Shown here piece after piece: positions 11,301-21,377 of a DNA stretch of 64,000 nt (its first letter is position 1; every line of letters starts with the position of its first letter). A model generated the notes under the pieces. The model searched no databases. It saw only the letters and a program-made list of their open reading frames with translations, and was not told the DNA's origin. Made by a program: the position numbers and the translations under genes. The stretch comes from a virus (lineage: Duplodnaviria > Caudoviricetes), in the IMG/VR virus record IMGVR_UViG_3300008259_002957. One strand, given 5' to 3'.

Positions 11301-11826
11301 TAACATCATCAGGAACAATCCAGAACATGTCAGTTGAACTGAGTTTTTGTGCATCGTCTAAGCAATCAACCGCAATAGTATTTGGAAATCTACTTTTTAA
11401 TTTTTTCCATGCTTCGGTATCGGTGTTGCCGCCGAAGAATATATCAAAGTTATCTTTGCCTTGTAATACATCATAGATGCCACAGATAAAGTTTTTTGTA
11501 ATTTTATATTCTGTTTTAATTTTTGTCGGTACAAGTTTTACTTTGTTCCAACTTTTTACTCGCTTGCTAGATTTATATACATATGGAAATAGATAGATTG
11601 CGTCTTCAGTTGGCTTAAACCACCAAGGAAATTCTCTTAGTGTGTTAATGGTTTGATCAACTATCCACACATAATCATGTTCATGTTTGTATTGCTCAAC
11701 AACAGACAAGTCATTGGTATTATCGGTCAGATGTATAGGATATTTGTATAAAATATGATTTTTTAGTACATCTTGACTGTTATAAATTGTTTGGCCAAAA
11801 CGTTGAAATTTATCTATTGCTCTCAT
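8287..11826 (-). CDS. GT-A-like glycosyltransferase with 8 tandem degenerate ~100-aa repeats and a C-terminal DxD domain
   Basis: C-terminal domain YDIVFIS..AHIAAAKLCSTDMIWIVDADA has an intact DxD. The upstream units repeat the same S.T.MFW.IP.D..DGI.LFSK..TEKE..RF..KKEW pattern. Confidence 0.7.
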   Translation of the reverse strand: MRAIDKFQRFGQTIYNSQDVLKNHILYKYPIHLTDNTNDLSVVEQYKHEHDYVWIVDQTINTLREFPWWFKPTEDAIYLFPYVYKSSKRVKSWNKVKLVPTKIKTEYKITKNFICGIYDVLQGKDNFDIFFGGNTDTEAWKKLKSRFPNTIAVDCLDDAQKLSSTDMFWIVPDDVIVSDFFKFSYIPDDWSHKFTHVLGNGNKETRDGIALFPKSYQPTEKEKQYRYYANKKELNIIASNPAPYDQFYLKTYQDYLDAIQTSKTDLFWFIPDDVVVSEDFKFDVYFSHQNQYDRNINHVWLNGTDYDGIALFSKNSPITEKEFSHRFYANKKEWDMIASIPKSFDYFEIDSFDEYLDAVNKSTTDLFWASSKNIDTDQKLIKAFYISHHNSVDRNQNHAFVHDVVDSKLYNGLFLLSKNKLLSEREIEHRFPAERKEWDIVGSKKKKYNQFIINNYQDYLNAKQNSSTEMFWGIPSDVEINYDFDLYFEHQNFYDRNITHVFLNNDTYDGIVLFSKHVELTEKEIDYRFYITKKEWNIVASTPKSFDYFNIESYSDYLIALEKSSTDLFWAGSKNISVNQELIKTFYISHHDTVDRNQNHAFEHKVDADLLYNGLLLLSKKKILTEREIEHRFPAERKEWNIVGSSLVKYDVFEIDSYNDYLFALENSTTEMFWMSSRNISATVPNIYFTHDNEYDRKQNHVFVHLVDDVKYYNGLFLCSKHVPLTEREIEYRHIVNRKEWDIVASTKKQYNCFVINNYVDYFKAFEESSTEMFWGIPNDVELTFDFDLYFTHDNEYDRKINHVMLNGEHRDGIVLFSKHSPVTEREIENRFYINKKDWDIVASTPRQYEKFSVDTYQDYIDAVEKSKTNMFWMIPPEVNVKSDFAFDLYFPHYEKFEREINHVYMNGTAYDGVSLISKKTFVTEKEIKMRFFANKKQYDVIASEPAPYDIVFISNDEEDADENYAKLLERFSRAKRVHGVKGVHNAHIAAAKLCSTDMIWIVDADAEIIPKFNFDYYVPAYDPDSRKTVHVWKAQNPINSLVYGYGAVKLLPRELTLNMDTSKPDMTTSISPYFKSINRISNITKFNTDPFSTWRSAFRETVKLASKSINGQLDEETDFRLNVWCTRGQDKPFGEYCIAGANAGKLYGLANTGNLEALKMINNFDWLKEQFDQTCLLV

Positions 11827-12424
11827 TTGTTTCTTCTATCAAATAGGCTTTGGTTCCGTAGTGTGCAACTTCATTGCTTAAATCTGCATCTACGTAAATT
11901 TCAAATCCAGTATTGTTTGCTTGGCTACAAAAGTAGATATCTTCGCCACTCAAGTCTTTGGTATCTTCGTTCCATATATATTGAAACCACGGCTTTGGTA
12001 GATTTTCAAATACAACTCGAGAGACTAACATACATCCCATTCCAACAGCAAATACTTGATGTAAACCTGTTTTTGCAGCAAGACGTTTATCTAGATTGTT
12101 GTTGTCTAAAAATGCAACACTGCGTTGCGGCTTTATTCTTGTGCTGTACGTTGCTGCACATATTTCTTGATTGTGTTTTTTTAAACGTTCAAAAACAGTT
12201 GCAGGAAAATGCATATCGCTATCTAGCCACAGTATATAGTCTGCTTTTTTTTCTAATGCTGTTTCTGTTAATGTGTTTCGTTGTTGAGGAATTACCGAAC
12301 CTAAATTAAAAATAAGTTCGTAATCTACATTATCTTTTGCTAAACGTGCAGTAAGATTTGCCAGACATTTAGCAAATCCTACCTGCACAGTATCTCTAGC
12401 AGGAACACATATTGCTAGTTTCAT
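11810..12424 (-). CDS. GT2-like glycosyltransferase
   Basis: LAICVPAR start strand, ADYILWLDSDM (DxD), AVGMGCMLV..VFE and GEDIYFC motifs. Confidence 0.8.
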   Translation of the reverse strand: MKLAICVPARDTVQVGFAKCLANLTARLAKDNVDYELIFNLGSVIPQQRNTLTETALEKKADYILWLDSDMHFPATVFERLKKHNQEICAATYSTRIKPQRSVAFLDNNNLDKRLAAKTGLHQVFAVGMGCMLVSRVVFENLPKPWFQYIWNEDTKDLSGEDIYFCSQANNTGFEIYVDADLSNEVAHYGTKAYLIEETNESNR

Positions 12425-12822
12425 TAGATTAGTTCGTTAGCAACCATGTCCAAGTTTAATTCACGTTCTGCTTCGGCAGTAACGTCATTTAGTTTTCTTG
12501 CTGTGCCTGTGGCAATCTTTACTGCTTCTCTAAAATCATCAATTGGAAGTGCTGACATTTCAAGCATGTGTTCTGGTTGAACTTTGCCAAGAGTTAGCAA
12601 ATCTACTGCGGCTTTTTTACCAATAGCAGTAATCCAATGCAATCTATCATCTGCTTCTGCTCTTGCCATAACAGCACTTTTTTCTTCGCCATCAAGGACT
12701 TCTGTTTCATATAGTTTTAGATCTTCGTCTGCTAGTTCAAGCGAATTAAGTTTAGTAAGTTTTCTAGCCTTGCTGTATTCGTTTGCTAGAACGACATTGA
12801 AAATTTGATATTTTGTGTACAT
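12424..12822 (-). CDS. Hypothetical helical protein (~132 aa)
   Basis: Open frame. Start reassigned to ATG 12822, which follows an AAGGAG SD. The stop overlaps the next start (TAATG). Confidence 0.7.
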   Translation of the reverse strand: MYTKYQIFNVVLANEYSKARKLTKLNSLELADEDLKLYETEVLDGEEKSAVMARAEADDRLHWITAIGKKAAVDLLTLGKVQPEHMLEMSALPIDDFREAVKIATGTARKLNDVTAEAERELNLDMVANELI

Positions 12823-12832
12823 TATGTGCTCC

Positions 12833-13000
12833 TTAAATTGTACCTTGACCGCCAAAGGTAGCACTCATTGCTATGGTAGTTCCGACACTGATTCCAAGGA
12901 ATGTTCCTAGATTACTCATTGTAATAGGTGTAGTGGATCCTCCGAAATAGTTTCGGATTTCTAACATAGTAATTGTACTGCCTGTTGGAGGTAACGCCAT
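12833..13000 (-). CDS. Small 55-aa protein (MALPPTGSTITMLEIRNYFGG...), tail-fibre-associated type; absent from the ORF track
   Basis: Translated by hand from ATG 13000 to TAA 12833. MALP..G.I....I...FGG resembles small proteins encoded after phage tail fibres. Promoter motifs lie directly upstream. Confidence 0.7.
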   Translation of the reverse strand: MALPPTGSTITMLEIRNYFGGSTTPITMSNLGTFLGISVGTTIAMSATFGGQGTI

Positions 13001-13014
13001 TTAACTTCTCTGCT

Positions 13015-13048
13015 TATTTAATATTAGCACATTATTTACTTTTGTCAA
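13015..13048 (-). promoter_or_regulatory. Composite promoter: TTGACA-N16-TAATAT plus two TAAATA boxes
   Basis: TTGACA 13048-13043, TAATAT 13026-13021, TAAATA at 13038-13033 and 13020-13015. Confidence 0.5.
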
Positions 13049-13051
13049 GTA

Positions 13052-13077
13052 GAGTAGCCGGTAAAAACCGGCTACTC
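13052..13077 (-). terminator. Strong hairpin after the tail fibre stop (terminator or processing stem)
   Basis: Perfect 11-bp inverted repeat GAGTAGCCGGT / ACCGGCTACTC with a 4-nt loop. The U-tract is weak. Confidence 0.6.
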
Positions 13078-13078
13078 A

Positions 13079-16000
13079 TTATTTATCGGCAAGTTTTTGA
13101 ACCATTGCACGTAGTTCATCAATTTGCTTTTGTTGCTCTTTAAACACTTCAATGAACAAGCCGGCCATTGCACCGTAGTTAACAGTCTTAGTGCCGTCTT
13201 CTAGTGTAGTAACAACTTCTGGAACGTATTGTTCTATTTCTTGTGCAACTACACCCATGTAGACTCTGTCTTTGTCTTCAAGGTCTGTTCTAGTATAGTT
13301 TACACCGCGTATGTTCAATACTTTTGTTAACGGATCTGCAATAACAGTAATGTTGTCTTTTATTCTAGCATCAGAATATGCAGTAACTTCGTTTGTTGCA
13401 GTAAACGCACCGGCACCGGTTAGTGTTGCTGCAAGGGTAGTACCACCGTACCATTTGAAGCCAGCACTTCCTGTATCTACAGAATACCACATATTAGATG
13501 CTTCGATACCTATTGCAAAATCTACTGATGCAGCACCCACGTTTGGATACAATACTAACTTAGTACCTGCACTTCGAGTTGTAAATGCAGGTGCAGCAAT
13601 GCCATTGACATTCCAATCAATTCTATTACCAGTTGCTCCGTTTAAGTATATTTGGCCGCCACCTGTTGCTGTGCTATTTGCAAGGGTTGAAATAAGTCGA
13701 CCGGTTAATGTGCCGCCTGCTAAAGGTAACTTTGTGCTATCGGTGCCAACTACGCCAGTCAGCCCACTACCGTCACCTGTGTATGATGTAGCTGCAATAG
13801 TGCCACTGATGTTAATGCTACCTGTGCCGCTTAGTGTGCCGCTAAATGTATCATTTGCATCACTGCGTAAGAAACTACCCGAATCAATTCCATCGACTGT
13901 GTCAGCATCTAGTCCGGAACCCGATCCGTCGTTTGCAGCGTGCCATACAGTGCTGGTGTTAGTACCGTCAAAGAATTGAAGACCGGTTGTGCCAGTTGAG
14001 AAGTCAATACCGCTTGCACTTCCTTCGTTTCTTATACGGAAAGTTCCGCCGTTTACATATTGTATGTAACCTCTACGTGTAGTAGTTTGATACAAGCTAA
14101 TAAACGGACTGCCAGTTGCACCGCTATCACCAAATCGCATTTGTTCGCCGCTTAGACTTGTAGTAATCAATCCAGTGACTGTATCGGTTGCGTCGCTTCT
14201 TACAAAACTTGCACTGTCGATACCGTCTAATGTTGCAGCATCTACGTTGGTTAATCCACTACCGTTACCAGTAAATATATCTGTACCAATATTAATACTA
14301 CCAAATCCGCTGGTAATTTGACCTGCGTCTAGAGCACCAGTTCCTGTGATGCCAGTATAACTACCAGTCATTCTAGCACTGGGTACAGTACCACTGGACA
14401 AGTTACTAGCATCAAGAGTAGTTAATCCACTGCCGTTACCGTTTAGTGTACCACCGACGTGTAGGTTACCGCCAACACCGACACCACCAGTGATAACAAC
14501 AGCACCACTAGTTGTATTAGTTGACACAGTGCTGTTTGTAAATGTTGATGGTCCATCAACATTTAAGTTACCATCAACATCAACATCGTCAGTAAATCTT
14601 ACTACTGAAGTTGCAGCACCAATTACCACACTAGATGCACCGCCTGCAAAGTTTACAGTTGTTGCGTTAGCATTTACTAAGTTAAATGTTGTAGCAGTTG
14701 TGGTTATATCACCACCGTTAACTGCTAAATCAAGTGTAGTGGTTAAGTTATTTCTAACAGTTGTGGTATGCTGTTGCTGCACCAAATGTGTTAACAGTTG
14801 TGGCTGTTGCATTTAACAAGTTAAATGTTGTTTGGTTTGTGGTTAGGTCGCCGCCTTGTACTTCAAGGTCACCACTTAGTACAACACTGGCATTTCTAAT
14901 AGTTGCAGTACCAGTGGTTGCACCGATTGTAAGTGCTGTTGCTGCACCTGCAAAGTTTGCAGTTGTTGCAGTAGTGTTAACAACGTTTACTGTTGTTGCG
15001 CTAGTGCTTAGTGTGCCAGCAACACCCACTTCGCCAGTGAATGTTGATTTACCACTGGTGTCAATTGTTAGTCTAGTTGCAGAAGTATGCTTAAAATCAC
15101 TGCTTGTACTGCTAGTACCAGTCTTAACAACAAAGTCGCCGCCGACGGCATTACCAGTTCCTAGTCCAGGCTGAACAATAATGTCGCCGCCTGCAACGTT
15201 TGTTCCAATACCATCTTCTCCTCTTAGAGTTGCATCTACTGGGGCTGCACTGCCTTCGGCACTACCAAAGATCACTCTACGATTTCTAATAACCATGGTG
15301 TTGTCTTTGGTAATAGTACCCGACTTTGGAGTTGCTGGGTTAGCAGTTACGTTGGCATCAGTTTGAATTGTAAACGATGTTGCATTCGCAGTTGCACCGA
15401 TCACTGGCCAACTACCATCTAGGTTAGTTACAGTACTGCTAGCAATATTAACAGTGTCGCCTGCACGAATGCCCAATGCAAGAGGTGTATAAGTAAATGT
15501 TAGAGTTGTACCGCTGGTTATTGTACCGGTTGTAACATTACTAAAATAAATGTATTCATCAGTTACGCCACTAACAGTTGTGTTTACAGGAATAGAGCCG
15601 CTTCCAGTCACAATCATACCAGCAATTATGCCGCTGGTGTTGGCCATTGGTACTTCTTTGCCGCCAGTTAGTACTCCGCTGTTTGTTAGTTTAGTAAAGG
15701 ATTCTAGGTTAACTACTACGTTTTGACTGATTGTTGCATTGTAATTTGCAACAAAAGAAGTAATGCTTCTTGTGCTTGTACTCTTACCAATTTTTACATT
15801 TTCGGCATCACTGCCAAGTTCTAGTGTGGTAACATTAGCATTATAAATTTGCCCTGTGCCAGTACTCAGCGATGCTAGTGTTGCACTGCCTACATCAAGT
15901 CCTTCAGAGATATCAAGAGCATTAACCCACTCCGGTGCAGTACCGCTCGACCTTAGAATATTTTTGTTTCTACCGATGTTTAGTGTGTTCAGTGTACCAG

Positions 16001-19000
16001 ACGATGTTGCAAAAAGCATATCGCCAACTGCGTAAGTAGTTAAGTTTGTACCACCTCTTGAAACCGGTACAGCACTAGTTAAGTTTGCTGGGTTTAAGAA
16101 ATAAGAACTATCAAGACCATCTAGTGTTCCTGCATCAACAACTCCGTCTTTGATAAACACCTGTCCTGTGCCGCTGCTATCAACATCAAATTGTGTTTGT
16201 AAGAATCTTACAACACCTAGTGTAGAATAAGTTTGTCCTACATCTAAATTAACATTGGAGATTCCAATGTTTACTGGATCTCCGTAAAATTCTCCAGCAA
16301 CATTTGAACCGGTAAGTGTTATCGGATTGTCTGTGGTATTTGCTTTTTTAATAGATTGAACAACAGTTTGATAACTGCTATCGCCTCTTAGGAATGTGTC
16401 GGTGTTTGCAGTACCGCTCGACGCAAGTCTTGTTGGCGAAACTGTACCAGAAATGATATTGCTTGCGTCAATGTTTGTTACTGCAAGACTGTTCCAGTTT
16501 GTTTTTTCGCTTGAGCTTGTGTTTACTACACTGCTAACTCGAACATTGTTTGCAATAAAATCTGCAGAACCAGATCCTGTAGCAGTTATGTTTCTTGCAC
16601 TAGTAACAAGACCATTGATGCTGCTTAATGCATTCGAACGTAGGTCGTGCAGAGTGAACGAGTTAGTAGTTACAGATCCAACAAAGAATCTACTTCCACT
16701 TGTTACTACATCACTGTTGATTTCAAAGAGTGTGCTTCCTACAACTCTAACAGCATCTCCAGTGACTAGACCGTGTGCAGGCACAATTACACTGTTGTCA
16801 GTTATGTTAACTTGAAATCTTGTAAGATTGTGATTGTTGTTTGCTGGTGTACTTAGGAAAGATACCTTACTTAGTAAAGAATAGTCATTGTATAATTCAA
16901 TGATGTTATCGCTAATACGTTTAGCATAATAAACACTACCGTTTAGCAGGCCGCCGATTGCAACGTTGCTGAGTGTGTCGTATGTTACTGGATTGCCTGA
17001 AGTAAGTCCGTGTGCAGTGATTGTAATTCTGCTGGTAGCATAGTCAACGTTACCCCCAGAACCGATGTCACCTGCTAAGAAGTTATTGCTAATTGTATCG
17101 GTTAATGTTACAGTAATTTTACTTGTAATTGCAGTATTGTCTTCAACAAAGTCAACTGATGACGGAGATGCAACAAACAATTCGCCGCCAAGAATGTTAA
17201 CATATGCTCTATTTTCTATTGCACTTACATCAATAACAAAACTACTTCCAGTGCTAGTACCATCAGTAAGATCGGTACTGTCGATAGTTAACATGTCGCC
17301 AACAGAGTAACCAATACCGCCTCTGCGTATGTCAACGTCGGTAACTGCACCAGCGGTTACAGTAACATCTGCAATGGCACCCGATCCTGTACCAGTTAAA
17401 CTAATCAGTGGTATAAATTCATAAACCTGTGTTCCAAGTGCAGGAACATATCCGCTGCCTCCTGTGATGTTTGCATTGTCTACGTTGGTTAAAACACCAT
17501 AACGTGTTTCAGTAACAGCACCTTGTGCGTTTCCATCTGCACTTGTTACAATAGTTCTTACAGTACCAGTTACCGAAGTTGTAGTTACAGTTGAACCAGT
17601 GTTTGCAATTGTAAAACTAGTTCCGGTTGGAGCAGAAATTACAATTCCGTTTATGTTAAAGGTAGTATCGTCGTTGCAAAGAATTTGAACAGTATTACCG
17701 GCATTTAAGTTATGATTAGTTGTTGTAACAATAGTTGCAACGTTAGTACTTCTAGCAACAGTAGAAATACTTGCGGTTGTGAATGTATAAGTTTCGTCCG
17801 GATCAAGAATCAAGAACTGACTAGTATTACTACTTTTTAAGAAGAAGTTGTCAGTGATAGCACTGCTTGATCCTAGCACAGTTGGCGCTTGTCCTGTGCT
17901 TACTCCGTTAACACTAATAACATTTGTTGTGTCAAAATCAGTTCCAGTTGAGTCATCGCCTGCTTTAAATTCTCTATCAACACTTGCAACTAGTACGTTA
18001 AGACTTAAACTATAGGAACCTTTTGCATAACCTCTAGCACCAGTTACTGCTTGTTGGATTAAATCACCGTCGGCGGCAGTAACACCTGAAGCAAAGGTTA
18101 ATTCAATCTGTTCATATTCTTCAGTAGCAATGTCACCTGCTTTTAAATCGACTGCTGGTATTTCGTCAATTTGTCCAAGTCTTGACAGATAACCATCCGT
18201 TGTGGTGTTTGTAAACTGACGTGTTGCAGGAATTAATTCAGCGTTTAACTGCCCGTTTGTGTTAAGTTGAACAATTGCGCCTGGTACAGCCGCAGTACTA
18301 ACAGTTTTGTCAATAAACCCGCCTAGTCTGTTGCTTAGGAAACTTCTTATAGCAAGTTGTGTTGTTAATCTATTATTAGTTGGGCCACCGATTTCGTCGT
18401 CGCCTAGATTGACACTTTGAGAAATTTCTTCGATAACAATATCAGAAAATGCAAGACGTAGTACATCGAGTTCGTCTACTGTAACTTTGTTGCGGAATGT
18501 AATGTTACCAGTTCTGTTAAAGGCTGTAATAAAATTACCAACTTTAAAGTCACCAAGTTCGTTAGTACCCGATGAGTAAACTCTTCCAGGTAATTCCGAA
18601 AACTGTTCATATTCGACTCTTGTGTTACCACCGTTCTGCGGCAGTGCGTTATAGTCTGTACCAGAACCTGCGTATTCCCAAGTATGTCCAGAACTGTTAA
18701 CAATACTTGGTCTGTGGAACCAAACTTGCTTTTCAAGTAGGTTAACTAGATTTGTTAATGCAGCACCGTCAACTGTTCCTGTTATTGAAAATGTTGAAGT
18801 ACCGAGCCCAGTTCTCGCAGCAACTTCGTTAACAGTAATACTAGTATTTGGAACATCTGCGTGATCGCTTGTGATTATACTGGTATTGTTAAACTGTACT
18901 CTTTGTGTAGATGATCCTACTGCAACTAGTTCTACAGAAACAACCAGTCTTCTCTCAGTTGGCTCCCAACTATAAACAAATGCACTGTTGTTGTTTGCAC

Positions 19001-21269
19001 CAGTAGTACCAACAATAGCACGTCCTGGAACAAACTCATAACTTTCAGCACCTGATTCAAGTATCAGTGTTTGATAAGTTTGGTGACTGCTTATAATTTC
19101 ATTTACAAAAAATTCTTGTACGTTACTTAGAATTTTATGAGTGCCTGTACTAGTAGCAATAACATCTACGTTAAAGTCGAGACTTTCGTCAAAGGCTAAA
19201 GTAAATTCGTCGTTATTAACAATCTTAACATAATAAGTTTGTTCAGCATCTAGTCCTCGTATAGGTGAATTACCGTTGGGATCATAGATGACTTTTTGAG
19301 CATTACTAAAACCGTGCCCAAGTATTGTAAAGATATTAGTTGTTGCATTAACATCTGCCGCAGCATCAAATTCAGTAGCAGTAGGAGCAGGTTTGAAACT
19401 ATTTGTAACGTCGCCTTCGGAACTTACTTCGGTTGGGTTCGGAGCGTTGTCAGGATTGCCAATAATATCTTTTACAATATCAAACTTTTCGTCGACAAAC
19501 GATCTTACAGTACTATCAAGATCTGAAATATATGTAGCAGCATATACACTTGCCTGTTCAATTGCTGCAATAGTTTGATCTTCTTGGCCACTGATTAGGA
19601 TCGCCGAACTGTCTTGAAGATTTTTATTATAGTATGCAAGACCAACACTTCTTGTATATCTGTTACCAGTATCCCATGTGTCTTTAGCGACTGCTTCAAC
19701 AATTAATAGTGTATCTCTATAGCACTTTGACTCATTATATGTAAATCCATCCCACAAACTTCCAGGTGTTGCTCCTGCAATTTGAGCATTGATCCAGTCA
19801 ACTGTATCCTGAGCAATAGCTATTTTATTTTCGATTAGTCTATCATGAGCTAATCTATATTCAGGATCACGGAATTTAATAATATATTGTTCAACAGGGG
19901 ACTCTCTATTAATACCTACGATAGTTAATGTTTGTTGTCCTTCACTAACGCCAGTACCTACTACAAATGCACGATCGAACAAGAACGCTTTTGGAGAGAA
20001 ACCAGAAGCACGTAGAGCATAAAGACCAAAGTTAGTAGCACTGTTGGTGATAGAGCAATAACCCCCTGACTGACAATAAACACCGTTAAGCAAGAAGATT
20101 TGGAAGCAACTAACCAACTGAGCATAAGCATCATTTGTTAAACGCCAACCAGTACCACCAAAACTAATGTGAGTATATGCGTTGGCAACCATTGATTTAC
20201 CTTGTTCAGGTGTTGCACCGATTACAGGATTTTCTGCCTCGATTGAAATTACCGGAACGTTTGGTGAGTTAACTTTAGTACCATCAATTTTAGCGCCATT
20301 CATTCCCAAGAACGAAATAATAGAGCAGTTCTGAATGTATGGTGATGTTGTGATAGTTGGCTTTGTGGTTGGTAGATTAGTATATCCTACACGACTTGTA
20401 AAGATATCATCTGGGTCATCAAATGCTACAGCATAGTCGGCTGTTATTAGAGGAACAAAGTTTACATCAACGCCGTCGCGGAAAGTAAATTCACCAAAAT
20501 AACATGCGTTACGAACACGTAGAATATCTTGGTTAGCATTTGCAGGACGAATAATACATCCTCTTAAACCGTCACCTTTGATAACAACGTTATCAGGAAC
20601 GATAATAGGGTTTTGTTCGGTATAGTCGCCAACTGCAACTTTAACGTTAATTCTAGTGCCGTTTGGTGTACCATCTACATTGTAAACCAATGCAGAAGCA
20701 AGTTGGCAGGCACGCTTAACTGTTTTAACAGGAGCACTTTGTCCATTGTTTACGTCGTCTCCCTGCTCAGAACTAACATAAATTGTATTACCGCCAAATG
20801 TATCAGCATCGGAAAATTCTAACTGTCCTAAGCCGTTGGTTTTAATAACCTGACCAACAGTACCGTTGTTAAATGGAAGTTTTAATGTATAACTGTTTGG
20901 TAGGTTGTCTGGTGCTTTAAGTGTAATACCGTCGTCGCCTGAAGCAGTTAGTTCTCTAAATGTAATACCAGTTGCATTCTCCATGTCAACGTCTTCGTAA
21001 ACGTTGATAGTAGAATCAGTGATGATCATTTTGTCGGAGCCATCAACATTAGCAGTAATTGTACCTTGACTGTCGCCAGGATCGTTTACTTCAACTCTTG
21101 TATTGTTTTCAAAGATTTTTTGTGTAAGATCTTGTACTGTGTTGTCATCTTTTAGCAAAAACACTTTGCCGTCTGCTGTGTTAAGTGCTAATTCACCCGA
21201 CTCTATTTGAGAAACAATTGGCTTTTTGCCAGGAACAGAACTACGCTTATGTTTGATTTTAGTTGCCAT
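13079..21269 (-). pseudogene. Giant tail fibre (~2,730 aa if joined) with C-terminal peptidase S74 chaperone, broken by a frameshift near 14767
   Basis: ORF 14754..21269 (N-term KIKHKRSS..GELALNTADGKVF) and ORF 13079..14812 continue one GGDLTT..TFNL.NA..TTVN repeat pattern across the frame change. The C-term SDARIKDNI..GVVAQEIE..PEVV is S74-like. Confidence 0.75.
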
Positions 21270-21377
21270 TACGGCTGTCTCCTATTTAGGTACGGGTCAG
21301 GACCGACGGTCGCCCAGAGTTAAATGATAGTAATCATTGTTAAATTTATTTATCAAAGAGAATACGGTGGCAGCGTT

